The translations under genes and the position numbers were made by a program. Positions 9,874-18,490 of a stretch of DNA of 64,000 bases are shown piece after piece (the first letter of the stretch is position 1; each line of letters opens with the position of its first letter). This DNA comes from Flavobacteriales bacterium. Its GTDB lineage: Bacteria > Bacteroidota > Bacteroidia > Flavobacteriales > UBA7312. The DNA lies in contig CBFIDK010000001.1 of NCBI GenBank assembly GCA_965661345.1, forward strand, positions 266,543-330,542, written 5' to 3'. Under the pieces are notes generated by a model. The model saw only the letters and a list, made by a program, of their open reading frames with translations. It was not told where the DNA came from and searched no databases.

Positions 9874-9907
9874 AAAAAAAGCTCCTCTATAATGTAGAGA
9901 AGCTTTT
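9874..9907 (-). terminator. Intrinsic terminator downstream of the PiT-like gene
   Basis: - strand: AAAAGCTTCTCTA-CATTA-TAGAGGAGCTTTTTTT; 13-bp stem with one U-G pair, then U-tract. Confidence 0.75.
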
Positions 9908-9927
9908 AGATAAATTATTTTTTCAAT

Positions 9928-11070
9928 TTAGAATCCTAGTTTTCCAAAGAATTTTGAGATTCCAGCAGCAAATTCTTTTGGTATTTCTACCATCATTGAA
10001 CTAAATGATAATTGGTCATTTACCCCGATGGCAATAGCAATGGAAATGATTAAGCCAATCAGAGCGTATGAGAAATCTTTAATCAACAGCTTGAAGGCTG
10101 TAGCGACGCTATTATCACCTGAATTTCGTATGGCCATAGCGACCTCTCTACCACCTAACAATCCGATAAATACCCAAGTAGTACTCATAGGTACTTTAGA
10201 ATAAAGCTTGAAGTAGAATAAGATAATGCAATAAATAAAGTCAATAATGGTAGCAAAACGAACATCAGTTACTACTGATTTTTCCGTAACAATTTTTTGA
10301 ATTCGTCCTCCTTTGTAGTACAATAGTAACCCTAAGCCTACAAATACCACAAGAGCAAAACCTGCAAATTGTCCAAAGCTCATGCTTCTTGGAAGGTAAA
10401 CGGCAATGTTAGCAGCATCTTGCATTAACCAAACGGACCATAATGTACCACTTGTAATCCACTGTGCAATTGTCCATCCGAACTTGGCTTCGCCAGTAAA
10501 TTTTCTCTTAGCCCATTGAGAGATAATCATGAAAATTATAAAACCCATAAAGAAGGCTAAAACATAGCCACTCATACTTTTAGCCAACACCTTTCCAACA
10601 GCTGCAGGAGCAGCAGCAAAAGAGGTTAAAAGAATGAAAGTTGTAGACACTGGCATTCTTAAACGGGTAAGAATGAGTAAGAATATAGGAGCAGCAATTT
10701 GTAGGAAATGGAAACTTTCAGGAGATTTTTCAAATCCCTTTGCCATAAGTCGACCGTGACTTACATCCCCACTGAACACGAACCAAGAGTAACCTACAGT
10801 TGCTAAGAAAATTCCTCCAATGAAAATCCAAAGCACCCACCATTTTTTCTCCTGATTGGAAGCGATGAAAGTTCCTAATGTTTGGATACTATCGTTAGCA
10901 ACAGCAGCATAAGCAGCAAATACAAAACCTACCCACATACCAATCTGAGGATATGGAGTAGCGAACATTGCCAAAATGAAAGCGATTACAATAAAAGTTA
11001 GAAAATTCCTTTCGCCTTTTTGAATCCAAAGGTTAGTTGGATAGCTGAATTTAGACATCAACTTCCTCAT
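9928..11070 (-). CDS. Divergent PiT/PHO4-fold membrane transporter, probable inorganic phosphate transporter
   Basis: Multi-pass hydrophobic protein with the two-repeat PiT signature in degenerate form: VANDSIQTLGT...RMPVSTT and MQDAANIA...VPMSTT; sits downstream of phoU behind a 4-repeat Pho-box-like array. Start may be 11058. Confidence 0.72.
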   Translation of the reverse strand: MRKLMSKFSYPTNLWIQKGERNFLTFIVIAFILAMFATPYPQIGMWVGFVFAAYAAVANDSIQTLGTFIASNQEKKWWVLWIFIGGIFLATVGYSWFVFSGDVSHGRLMAKGFEKSPESFHFLQIAAPIFLLILTRLRMPVSTTFILLTSFAAAPAAVGKVLAKSMSGYVLAFFMGFIIFMIISQWAKRKFTGEAKFGWTIAQWITSGTLWSVWLMQDAANIAVYLPRSMSFGQFAGFALVVFVGLGLLLYYKGGRIQKIVTEKSVVTDVRFATIIDFIYCIILFYFKLYSKVPMSTTWVFIGLLGGREVAMAIRNSGDNSVATAFKLLIKDFSYALIGLIISIAIAIGVNDQLSFSSMMVEIPKEFAAGISKFFGKLGF

Positions 11071-11104
11071 AAAATTAAATTTTAAAGTTAAGAGTAGAGA
11101 TTAT

Positions 11105-11191
11105 TTACAGTACAGCAATTGTGTAAACTGCAACCATTATAACAACATAAAGAAGTTTGCTAATGTCTGTTTTGTTTTTAATAGTTTCCAT
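11105..11191 (-). CDS. Putative 28-aa single-pass membrane peptide (not in ORF track)
   Basis: ATG...TAA frame METIKNKTDISKLLYVVIMVAVYTIAVL; charged N-terminus then 16 residues of apolar/uncharged character; A at -3 in AT-rich context; ends 34 nt before the PiT-like ATG. Confidence 0.55.
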   Translation of the reverse strand: METIKNKTDISKLLYVVIMVAVYTIAVL

Positions 11192-11249
11192 TGTCTATAA
11201 ATTGTTAGATTAATTACAAAGCAAAAAAAATGTAATTAACTTCGACATG

Positions 11250-11288
11250 GGTTAATTGAAAGTAAATCTAATGTTAAGAAATTGTTAA
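11250..11288 (-). promoter_or_regulatory. Putative Pho box array, four direct repeats at 11-bp period
   Basis: + strand hexamers GGTTAA (11250), AGTAAA (11261), TGTTAA (11272), TGTTAA (11283); - strand TTAACA, TTAACA, TTTACT, TTAACC. Confidence 0.7.
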
Positions 11289-11298
11289 GTGTATTTTT

Positions 11299-11958
11299 TT
11301 ATTGTCTATTTTTTTTGTGTTTAATAACTTTAGATTCTATCGAGAAAATCAGTTCTTCTGCAATATTTTTTGTTAAGTCTCCTGCTCGTTCTAATTTTCT
11401 TACACAAGACAATAAATAAAATAAACTCTCTGCAGAAGATTCTTCATAATTCTCAATGATGACGTTACTGGCTGTGCTATTTATTAAATTTAATAGTTCA
11501 TCCTGTTTGAAAACACGCCTAGCTATGCTTGTGTTTTCTTTTTCAAATGCTTCGATTACATTATCCATCATGGCTTTTAATTGTGCAAACATTTCAACCA
11601 TTTTTATTTCTGTAATAGCTTTTTTTGGAAAAGTTGAATTTAGAGAATTTACATAGTTCGCAATGCCGTCAGCAATATCTGCAATTCGTTCGAGTTCATG
11701 ATTTATTTTGTACACCGATAATACGAACCTTAAGTCTACTGCCACTGGAGAATACAAGGCTAAGATGTTTTCGCAATCTCTATCAATTTTCAGTTCTAGA
11801 GAATTTATTCGTTTTTCAGCATTCGTTATTTCTGCCGCTAAATCTTTATCGAATTCTAAAAGTGCCATTTCGCTTTTTTGCAGCTGATTATTTACTGCCA
11901 AAAACATATTAAGAAGTTCTTTCCTTAGCGCACTAATTTCTTGTTCTATTTGTGTCAT
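11299..11958 (-). CDS. phoU: Phosphate signalling complex protein PhoU
   Basis: Two PhoU repeats: INSLELKID...P(V)AVDLR...ELERIAD and LERAGD..KNIAE; follows pstB. Confidence 0.93.
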   Translation of the reverse strand: MTQIEQEISALRKELLNMFLAVNNQLQKSEMALLEFDKDLAAEITNAEKRINSLELKIDRDCENILALYSPVAVDLRFVLSVYKINHELERIADIADGIANYVNSLNSTFPKKAITEIKMVEMFAQLKAMMDNVIEAFEKENTSIARRVFKQDELLNLINSTASNVIIENYEESSAESLFYLLSCVRKLERAGDLTKNIAEELIFSIESKVIKHKKNRQ

Positions 11959-11970
11959 AGTGTATAGTTT

Positions 11971-12735
11971 TTAACCAAATCTACCGGTAATGTAATTTTG
12001 TGTTCGTTCTTGTTTTGGATTTCTAAAAATTTCTTCTGTTTTACCAAATTCAATGAGATCTCCCATGTAAAAGAATGCAGTGTTATCACTAACTCTTGAA
12101 GCCTGTTGCATATTGTGAGTAACAATAACAATACTGTATTTTTCTTTGAGTTCATGAATTAACTCTTCCACTTTTGCCGTTGAGATTGGGTCTAATGCAG
12201 AGGTTGGTTCGTCCATAAGTAAAACTGATGGCTCCACGGCCAAGGCTCTGGCTATGCATAAGCGTTGTTGCTGGCCTCCAGATAAGGCTAAAGCCGATTT
12301 ATTCAGGTCGTCTTTTACTTCCTCCCACAGCGCCGACTGATTTAATGCTTTTACGGCACGTTCCATCAAGAATTTCTTATCCTTTATGCCTTGTATTTTT
12401 AGACCGTAAATAACGTTTTCATAAATGCTTTTAGGAAATGGATTGGGCTTTTGGAATACCATTCCAATATTTTTTCTCAACTCATCAACGCGTACGGACT
12501 TGTGGTATACGTTTTGATTTTCCATTAAAACTTCACCAGTCATTCTGTAAGAATCTATGTAATCGTTCATTCTATTGAAGACTCTCAAAAAAGTAGATTT
12601 TCCACAGCCCGAAGGGCCTATGAAAGCGGTAACTTTATTGCGTTCTATTTGTATATCAATATTTTTTAGAGCGTGCATATCGCCATAAAATACATCTAGA
12701 GATTTTGCTTCTAATATAAAGGTTGGTTTTGTCAT
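11971..12735 (-). CDS. pstB: Phosphate ABC transporter ATP-binding protein
   Basis: [44 protein letters not shown]. Confidence 0.97.
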   Translation of the reverse strand: MTKPTFILEAKSLDVFYGDMHALKNIDIQIERNKVTAFIGPSGCGKSTFLRVFNRMNDYIDSYRMTGEVLMENQNVYHKSVRVDELRKNIGMVFQKPNPFPKSIYENVIYGLKIQGIKDKKFLMERAVKALNQSALWEEVKDDLNKSALALSGGQQQRLCIARALAVEPSVLLMDEPTSALDPISTAKVEELIHELKEKYSIVIVTHNMQQASRVSDNTAFFYMGDLIEFGKTEEIFRNPKQERTQNYITGRFG

Positions 12736-12736
12736 T

Positions 12737-13594
12737 TTACCAGCTTATTTTCTTTTCCCATTTATTTCTTAAATAAACGGCTATACCATTCATTACAAAT
12801 GTTATGATTAATAAAATTATTATTGCTGCCGCAGCATTGACTGTAAATCCGTGTTGTGGTCGCGATACCCAATTAAAAATTTGAATTGGCATTACTGTAA
12901 ACTCATCCATCGGCGATTTTGGAGCAAATGGAACATAGGCTAAAGCACCCACGACTATCAAAGGAGCAGTTTCGCCAACAGCTCTAGAAATGGCAAGGAT
13001 AACGCCTGTTAAAATACCACCCATTGAACTGGGTAGTACTTGATGCCAAATTGTTTGCCATTTGGTAGCGCCTAAACCGTATGAAGCCGCTCGAATACTT
13101 GGTGGGACTGCTCTAATTGATTCTCTTGTAGAGACGATAATGATAGGTAAAATTAGTAGTGAAAGTGTAAAGGCACCTGCTAAAACGCTATTGCCCATTT
13201 GGAATACACGCACGAAAATTTCTAGTCCTAAAAGGCCGTAAATGATAGATGGAACCCCCGCCAAATTTGAAATGTTAACCTCTAGTAATGAAGCCAGTCT
13301 TGTTTTTTTGCCATACTCTTCCAAATATATTCCTGCAGATACGCCAAGAGGAAAAGCAATTAGGGTAGTGAGACTTAAAATCCATAGAGAACCAGACCAT
13401 GCTGTATAAATACCAGCTCTTTCTGCTTTTCTAGAGGGTAAATTGGTCATAAAATCCCAATCAATTCTTGAAATTCCATCTACTACTATGTTTCCAATAA
13501 ATATGGCTAAAATCACTAAGCCAAAAAAAGTGCTTACAATTCCGAAATACTCAAAGATTCGATCTTTGATTCTATTTTTTTGTGAATTAGTCAT
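12737..13594 (-). CDS. pstA: Phosphate ABC transporter permease PstA
   Basis: [17 protein letters not shown]-like [23 protein letters not shown]. Confidence 0.95.
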   Translation of the reverse strand: MTNSQKNRIKDRIFEYFGIVSTFFGLVILAIFIGNIVVDGISRIDWDFMTNLPSRKAERAGIYTAWSGSLWILSLTTLIAFPLGVSAGIYLEEYGKKTRLASLLEVNISNLAGVPSIIYGLLGLEIFVRVFQMGNSVLAGAFTLSLLILPIIIVSTRESIRAVPPSIRAASYGLGATKWQTIWHQVLPSSMGGILTGVILAISRAVGETAPLIVVGALAYVPFAPKSPMDEFTVMPIQIFNWVSRPQHGFTVNAAAAIIILLIITFVMNGIAVYLRNKWEKKISW

Positions 13595-14468
13595 ATTGTT
13601 CTCTGAACTTTTTTCTTATCCAAAAACTGATATTGTTCAATATAAAGGTGAATACAAATAGAGTCATACCAGCAGCAAATATGGTTTTATACTCAAGTGA
13701 CCCATGAGGAACATCTCCTAAACTGACTTGCACTATATAGGCCGTAATGGTTTCAATTGGAACAAGTGGATTTGCGGTTAATCTTGGTTGTTGGCCTGCC
13801 GCAATAGCGACAATCATCGTTTCACCAATCGCTCTTGAAAAGGCAAGAATTACGGATACCACAATTCCAGAAGATGCCGCTGGAACCATCACCTTAAATG
13901 CTGTTTGAAAACGCGTTGAGCCTAAGCCATAAGAGGCATTTCTTAATGATTTTGGCACAGCTCGTAAGGCATCTTCACTCAATGAGCTTACAAATGGAAT
14001 AATCATTATACCCATTACTATACCTGCCGATAAGGCATTGAAGCCAGCCATTCCAGGTATTAATTTTTGCAAAAATGGAGTAACGACCATCAGCGCAAAG
14101 AACCCGTAAACAACTGTTGGAACTGCGGCTAAGACTTCAAGTAATGGTTTTACTATTTTTCTAAATCTTTTTGGAGCGTATTCACTAAGATATACAGCAA
14201 TTGTTAGCCCTATTGGTAAAGCCACGCTCACCGCAATAAAAGTAGTTAATAGTGTTCCAGAAATTAAGGGTAAAATGCCAAAGTGTTTTACCACAAATAA
14301 AGGCGTCCACTCTGTATCGGTTAGAAAATCGGATAAGGATACTTCTTGAAAAAATGAATAACTCTCTGAGAGCAATACCCAAATAATACCAACAGTCGTT
14401 AGAATTGTAATTATAGCACTACTTTTCAGTAGCCATTCTATTATTTTTTCTGTATTTTTTCTATTCAT
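13587..14468 (-). CDS. pstC: Phosphate ABC transporter permease PstC
   Basis: [36 protein letters not shown] 14468 preferred; the track's TTG start lies inside a hairpin. Confidence 0.95.
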   Translation of the reverse strand: MNRKNTEKIIEWLLKSSAIITILTTVGIIWVLLSESYSFFQEVSLSDFLTDTEWTPLFVVKHFGILPLISGTLLTTFIAVSVALPIGLTIAVYLSEYAPKRFRKIVKPLLEVLAAVPTVVYGFFALMVVTPFLQKLIPGMAGFNALSAGIVMGIMIIPFVSSLSEDALRAVPKSLRNASYGLGSTRFQTAFKVMVPAASSGIVVSVILAFSRAIGETMIVAIAAGQQPRLTANPLVPIETITAYIVQVSLGDVPHGSLEYKTIFAAGMTLFVFTFILNNISFWIRKKFREQYD

Positions 14469-14483
14469 TTTTAGTTTAAAGAA

Positions 14484-14507
14484 TCCAAGCAACCGAAGTT
14501 GCTTGGA
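14484..14507 (-). other. Perfect 10-bp hairpin with cUUCGg tetraloop between pstS and pstC (mRNA stabiliser or partial terminator)
   Basis: - strand TCCAAGCAAC-TTCG-GTTGCTTGGA followed by TTCTTT. Confidence 0.7.
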
Positions 14508-14566
14508 CAGGGATAGTTGTAATTAATCCTTTCAATTAATGCAATGAAAAAACTACTATCACTAAT

Positions 14567-15505
14567 TTATTTAATGAATGCATTAAACTTTTCAATTTCT
14601 TTGTTGTGCTCTGATTGTGGTAAGGGAATGTAGCCTACTTCAGAAACTAATGAAGGAGCACTTTCAAGGTAAAAAGAAACAAACTCTCTGACTTCTTCTT
14701 TTGCAGCGGCAGGGCTACTTACATATATAAAAATTGGTCTTGAAAGTGGCGCGTAGCTACCGTTACCAACAGTTTCTAGTGTTGGGATGATTGGTCCATT
14801 ACCATTATCAACTCCTATGATGTTAAGTTTATCTTTATTTTCCTCGTAGTAGGCCAGCCCAAAAAACCCTAGTGAATACTTGTCGGTTGCAATTCCTTGC
14901 ACCAAAACGTGGTCATCTTCAGAAGCTGTGTAGTCTCCTCGTGTTCCTACTTTTTTTCCACATATTGCTTCCGCAAAGTAGTCGTATGTTCCTGATGCTA
15001 CACCTGGTCCGAATAGGTGTAATTCTTCATTTGGCCACCCTTCTCTTATCTGGTTCCAATACATTACTTTACCTTGAGCATCTGGGCTCCAGATTTTCTT
15101 TAACTCGTCAACGGTTAAATAATCAACCCAGTCATTTTCTGGATTTATTAAAACGGCTAAACCATCATAAGCGACACTTAGCTCTAAGTAATCGATACCA
15201 ATTTCTTTACAAGCATCTGCTTCTGATGTTTTGATTGGTCGAGACGCATCATTGATATCAATTTCTCCTCGCATGAATTTCTTAAAACCACCACCTGTTC
15301 CAGAAACACCAACAGTTACGTCGATATTTGGTTGTACTGTTCTGAACTCTTCTGCAACAGCTTCGGTAATTGGATAAACTGTGCTTGAACCATCAATTTT
15401 GATGTTACCACTTAAGGTATTGCTGTCTGATTTTTGTTCGCTACCGCCACATGCTATTAAGGCAAAGGCTGAGAATGTTAAAATTATTTTTCCTAATGTT
15501 TTCAT
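14567..15505 (-). CDS. pstS: Phosphate ABC transporter substrate-binding lipoprotein
   Basis: Lipobox LIAC; [42 protein letters not shown]. Confidence 0.95.
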   Translation of the reverse strand: MKTLGKIILTFSAFALIACGGSEQKSDSNTLSGNIKIDGSSTVYPITEAVAEEFRTVQPNIDVTVGVSGTGGGFKKFMRGEIDINDASRPIKTSEADACKEIGIDYLELSVAYDGLAVLINPENDWVDYLTVDELKKIWSPDAQGKVMYWNQIREGWPNEELHLFGPGVASGTYDYFAEAICGKKVGTRGDYTASEDDHVLVQGIATDKYSLGFFGLAYYEENKDKLNIIGVDNGNGPIIPTLETVGNGSYAPLSRPIFIYVSSPAAAKEEVREFVSFYLESAPSLVSEVGYIPLPQSEHNKEIEKFNAFIK

Positions 15506-15527
15506 TTTTTTGTTTATTATTATGACG

Positions 15528-15535
15528 CAAACATA
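15528..15535 (-). promoter_or_regulatory. -7 element (TATGTTTG) for pstS
   Basis: CAAACATA on + strand, 22 nt upstream of the ATG. Confidence 0.6.
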
Positions 15536-15598
15536 CTGTTGTGAAAAAAACTAAACCTTATCTAAACATTAACCAATTATGAAGTTAATACCTTCTAT

Positions 15599-15615
15599 TG
15601 TTAAGGAATTGTAAA
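15599..15615 (-). promoter_or_regulatory. Putative Pho box upstream of pstS (two repeats, 11-bp period)
   Basis: + strand TGTTAA (15599) and TGTAAA (15610); - strand TTTACA-N5-TTAACA. Confidence 0.6.
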
Positions 15616-15632
15616 GCTCAAATAGGCACAAA

Positions 15633-15661
15633 AAAAAGTGAGGGGATTACCCTCACTTTTT
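15633..15661. terminator. Intrinsic terminator after the porin gene
   Basis: AAAAAGTGAGGG-GATTA-CCCTCACTTTTT. Confidence 0.88.
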
Positions 15662-15682
15662 CACATATTAAATTAACCTATT

Positions 15683-16645
15683 TTAGAATTTATATTCAAA
15701 GTTTAAGAATACGCTTTCTTCTGCTTCGGCATTTGCAGAAGCGTTAGTCCAGCTTTGGTAGTTTAAGGCAACTTTAACTCCTTTTACCATTTCCTTTTCG
15801 ATGCCTACAATCATATATGATCCGTCTTTAGAAATGTTCCAATCTTGATCAGAGGCTAACTCATCATATCTTCCAAACAATGACATGCCATTAGATAAAT
15901 CATAACTTCCGTATGCTGAGATACCAGTTCGTTCTTGATCTGTAACGTTTTTAGCATTTTCTTGAAGGTTGTACTCTAGCCCTAGTCTGTAGCCATCACC
16001 TGAGTAAGCCATAGCTGCGGTAGTTGTATTTTGGTGTGAATCGCCTGCTGCGTAACTTTCTCTTGGCACAACATCGTAAAGCACTCTCAATACTAAATTG
16101 TCAGTAGCATTATATGTCATACCCGCACTACCTCTGAACAGTCCATTAGCTTCTTGTTCTTTTTTGTAGCCCTCGCCATTTAGTACTTGTGCATCTAAAG
16201 ATAGTTTGCTGTTAAATACGTAGTCTAACGACACCCCTACGTCTGCGGAGTTAGCCCATTTATGTTGGTCTTGTAAAGACTTGTAAATGTATCTGCGTCC
16301 CCAAGTTTTTTCCATAAATTTGAAATTCTTGGCGCCAATCATGCCGAAATTAACGTTCATGTTTTCGTTCGCTTTCCAACTAATGGAAGCAATTTTAAGA
16401 AATGCAGTATAAGCGCTTCCTGAATTGTTGTTGCCAACATCAAAGGTTACTTTAGCTTTAAAGTCTTCGCTTAATGAACGGCTGTAACCTAAATACGCTC
16501 TATTGACTTCAAAAGCTTTGAAGTTGTTTTCTTCTTGCGAAAGATTGTAGTTGAAGTTACTAAATACAGTGGCATGTGGCTGACCTTGAGCCATAACACA
16601 CGTGCCAAATAATAAAAGTGTTAAAGTATAAACGATTTTTTTCAT
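15683..16645 (-). CDS. Outer-membrane porin, probably phosphate-selective (OprO/OprP-like)
   Basis: Signal peptide, amphipathic beta-strands, FEVNRAYLGY motif, C-terminal ...FEYKF beta-signal; lies between pstS and phoBR with a Pho-box-like array. Confidence 0.72.
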   Translation of the reverse strand: MKKIVYTLTLLLFGTCVMAQGQPHATVFSNFNYNLSQEENNFKAFEVNRAYLGYSRSLSEDFKAKVTFDVGNNNSGSAYTAFLKIASISWKANENMNVNFGMIGAKNFKFMEKTWGRRYIYKSLQDQHKWANSADVGVSLDYVFNSKLSLDAQVLNGEGYKKEQEANGLFRGSAGMTYNATDNLVLRVLYDVVPRESYAAGDSHQNTTTAAMAYSGDGYRLGLEYNLQENAKNVTDQERTGISAYGSYDLSNGMSLFGRYDELASDQDWNISKDGSYMIVGIEKEMVKGVKVALNYQSWTNASANAEAEESVFLNFEYKF

Positions 16646-16673
16646 CTTAATTTTTTTGGTTTATTTAATGGCA

Positions 16674-16681
16674 CAAATATA
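16674..16681 (-). promoter_or_regulatory. -7 element (TATATTTG) for the porin
   Basis: CAAATATA on + strand. Confidence 0.62.
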
Positions 16682-16702
16682 ACTTTACATTAGCGACTTC
16701 AA

Positions 16703-16730
16703 TATTAAGAGTATGTTAAAAAATTGTAAA
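16703..16730 (-). promoter_or_regulatory. Putative Pho box upstream of the porin (three repeats, 11-bp period)
   Basis: + strand TATTAA (16703), TGTTAA (16714), TGTAAA (16725); starts about 22 nt upstream of the porin -7 element, covering the -33 region. Confidence 0.68.
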
Positions 16731-16756
16731 ATGCTAAATCGAAAGCTTTTATATGA

Positions 16757-16764
16757 TACTTTTG
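16757..16764 (+). promoter_or_regulatory. -7 element (TACTTTTG) for phoB-phoR
   Basis: Exact TAnnTTTG match 20 nt upstream of the ATG. Confidence 0.58.
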
Positions 16765-16784
16765 TTTAAAATTAACTTCAAAAA

Positions 16785-17465
16785 ATGAGCGGATCTATCA
16801 AAATTTTAGTTGTTGATGATGAGGAAGATATCCTAGAATTTTTGGGGTATAACCTTCGCGCTGAAGGCTATGATGTCGTTACGGCAGATAATGGTTTACT
16901 AGCTATTGAATTAGCCAAAGAACACAATCCTTCATTGATAATACTAGATGTTCAAATGCCAAATATGGATGGTATTACCACTTGTGAAAAGATTAGAGAA
17001 ATAGATTCTTTAAAAAACACTGTGGTTACGTTTTTATCCGCACGTTCTGAAGATTATTCTCAAATTGCTGGCTTTGAAGCGGGTGCTGACGATTATATTT
17101 CTAAGCCTATCAGACCTAAGGTATTAATAAGTAGAGTAAAAGCACTTCTTAAAAGGAGAGGAATTACAGAAGATGAGTCAACTATACTAGAACTGGGCGA
17201 TATTATCATTGATTTTGAGAAACACCTAACAACCTTTAAAGGAAAAGAAGTTTCATTAGCCAAAAAGGAGTTTAAGCTATTAAAGTTGTTAACTTCTAAA
17301 CCTGGCAAGGTCTTTGCTAGAGACGAAATACTTGAAAAAGTATGGGGTTTAGATCTTGTTGTGGGAGATAGAACAATTGACGTACATATTCGTAAATTGC
17401 GAGAAAAACTAGCCGATCACTATATCAAAACAGTCAAAGGTGTAGGCTATAAATTCGAGTACTAA
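16785..17465 (+). CDS. phoB: OmpR/PhoB-family response regulator (PhoB/PhoP orthologue by context)
   Basis: VVDDE, LDVQMPNMDG, GADDYISKP receiver; wHTH RTIDVHIRKLREK, TVKGVGY; adjacent to pst locus. Confidence 0.82.
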   Translation: MSGSIKILVVDDEEDILEFLGYNLRAEGYDVVTADNGLLAIELAKEHNPSLIILDVQMPNMDGITTCEKIREIDSLKNTVVTFLSARSEDYSQIAGFEAGADDYISKPIRPKVLISRVKALLKRRGITEDESTILELGDIIIDFEKHLTTFKGKEVSLAKKEFKLLKLLTSKPGKVFARDEILEKVWGLDLVVGDRTIDVHIRKLREKLADHYIKTVKGVGYKFEY

Positions 17466-18490
17466 TGCAATGGACAACGCCTAAACAAATAGCCATTTAT
17501 CTGACACTTTTACTTTGCGTGTCAGTTTCTCTTATTCTCGTATTATTCTCAATAGTTTTTGATTATGATATCAATTGGCAACAAGTGGTGGTAGTTACCA
17601 GTGCTCTGTTTTTGCCCATTTATTTCATTTCATACTTTATTTTGAAAAAATACATACATGAAAAAGTTAAAGTTATTTATAAATCCCTAAGTAGGCACAA
17701 GGGAACTAGCGATGATGTAGAAACTGATTTAAACAAGGTCGATGAGGATGTTGATTCAATGGTGAATGAACGTCAGAAAGAGATCGAAGAGCTTAAAAGT
17801 ATGGAGACCTTTAGGAGAGAATTTTTAGGTAATATTTCCCATGAACTAAAAACGCCTATTTTTAATATACAGGGATACATTCACACTCTTATTGATGGTG
17901 CTATTACGGACGAAAACGTGAATATGCAATACCTTCAGCGGACTAGCAAGAGCGTTGATAGAATGATAAATATCGTTGAAGATTTAGAAATGATATCCAA
18001 GATTGAGTCCAACAGACTTGACCTAGAATTTACTCGATGGGATATCGTAAACTATGTTCAGGAGTTGTTCGATATTTTGGAGATGAAAGCCAAAAAAAGA
18101 AGCGTAAAATTGAGTATCGACAACCAATCAAATATCAATTTTGTAGAAGCTGACAAAGACAGGGTTGCGCAAGTCCTCATAAACCTCATTGAGAATTCTA
18201 TCAAATACGGAAAAGAAGGGGGGCACACCAGTGTTCGTTTTTTTGAAATGGGCGACAATATCTTAATAGAAGTTGCAGATGATGGCGCAGGAATACCCGC
18301 ACATCATTTGCCACGTTTGTTTGAGCGTTTTTATAGAGTGGATAAATCACGATCAAGAAAAGAAGGAGGAACAGGACTCGGTCTTTCTATCGTAAAGCAT
18401 ATCATAGAAGCGCACCGACAAACCATCAATGTGCGTAGTACAGAAAATGTGGGAACTACATTTTCCTTTACATTAAAAAAGAGCAAATAA
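17465..18490 (+). CDS. phoR: PhoR-like sensor histidine kinase
   Basis: Two N-terminal TM helices, FLGNISHELKTP H-box, NLIENSIKY, DDGAGI, FERFYRVDKSRSR, GGTGLGLSIVKH; TAATG overlap with phoB. Confidence 0.85.
   Translation: MQWTTPKQIAIYLTLLLCVSVSLILVLFSIVFDYDINWQQVVVVTSALFLPIYFISYFILKKYIHEKVKVIYKSLSRHKGTSDDVETDLNKVDEDVDSMVNERQKEIEELKSMETFRREFLGNISHELKTPIFNIQGYIHTLIDGAITDENVNMQYLQRTSKSVDRMINIVEDLEMISKIESNRLDLEFTRWDIVNYVQELFDILEMKAKKRSVKLSIDNQSNINFVEADKDRVAQVLINLIENSIKYGKEGGHTSVRFFEMGDNILIEVADDGAGIPAHHLPRLFERFYRVDKSRSRKEGGTGLGLSIVKHIIEAHRQTINVRSTENVGTTFSFTLKKSK

Noticed and set aside
11191-11208. Possible extra repeat pair TGTCTA/TGTTAG at 11-bp spacing beside the small ORF start
   Set aside because: Each half has mismatches and overlaps the ribosome-loading region; not counted as a Pho box.
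15552-15568. TAAACC-N5-TAAACA pair and a lone GTTAA (15584) near the pstS promoter
   Set aside because: Opposite orientation or out of phase with the other Pho-like repeats; could be chance.
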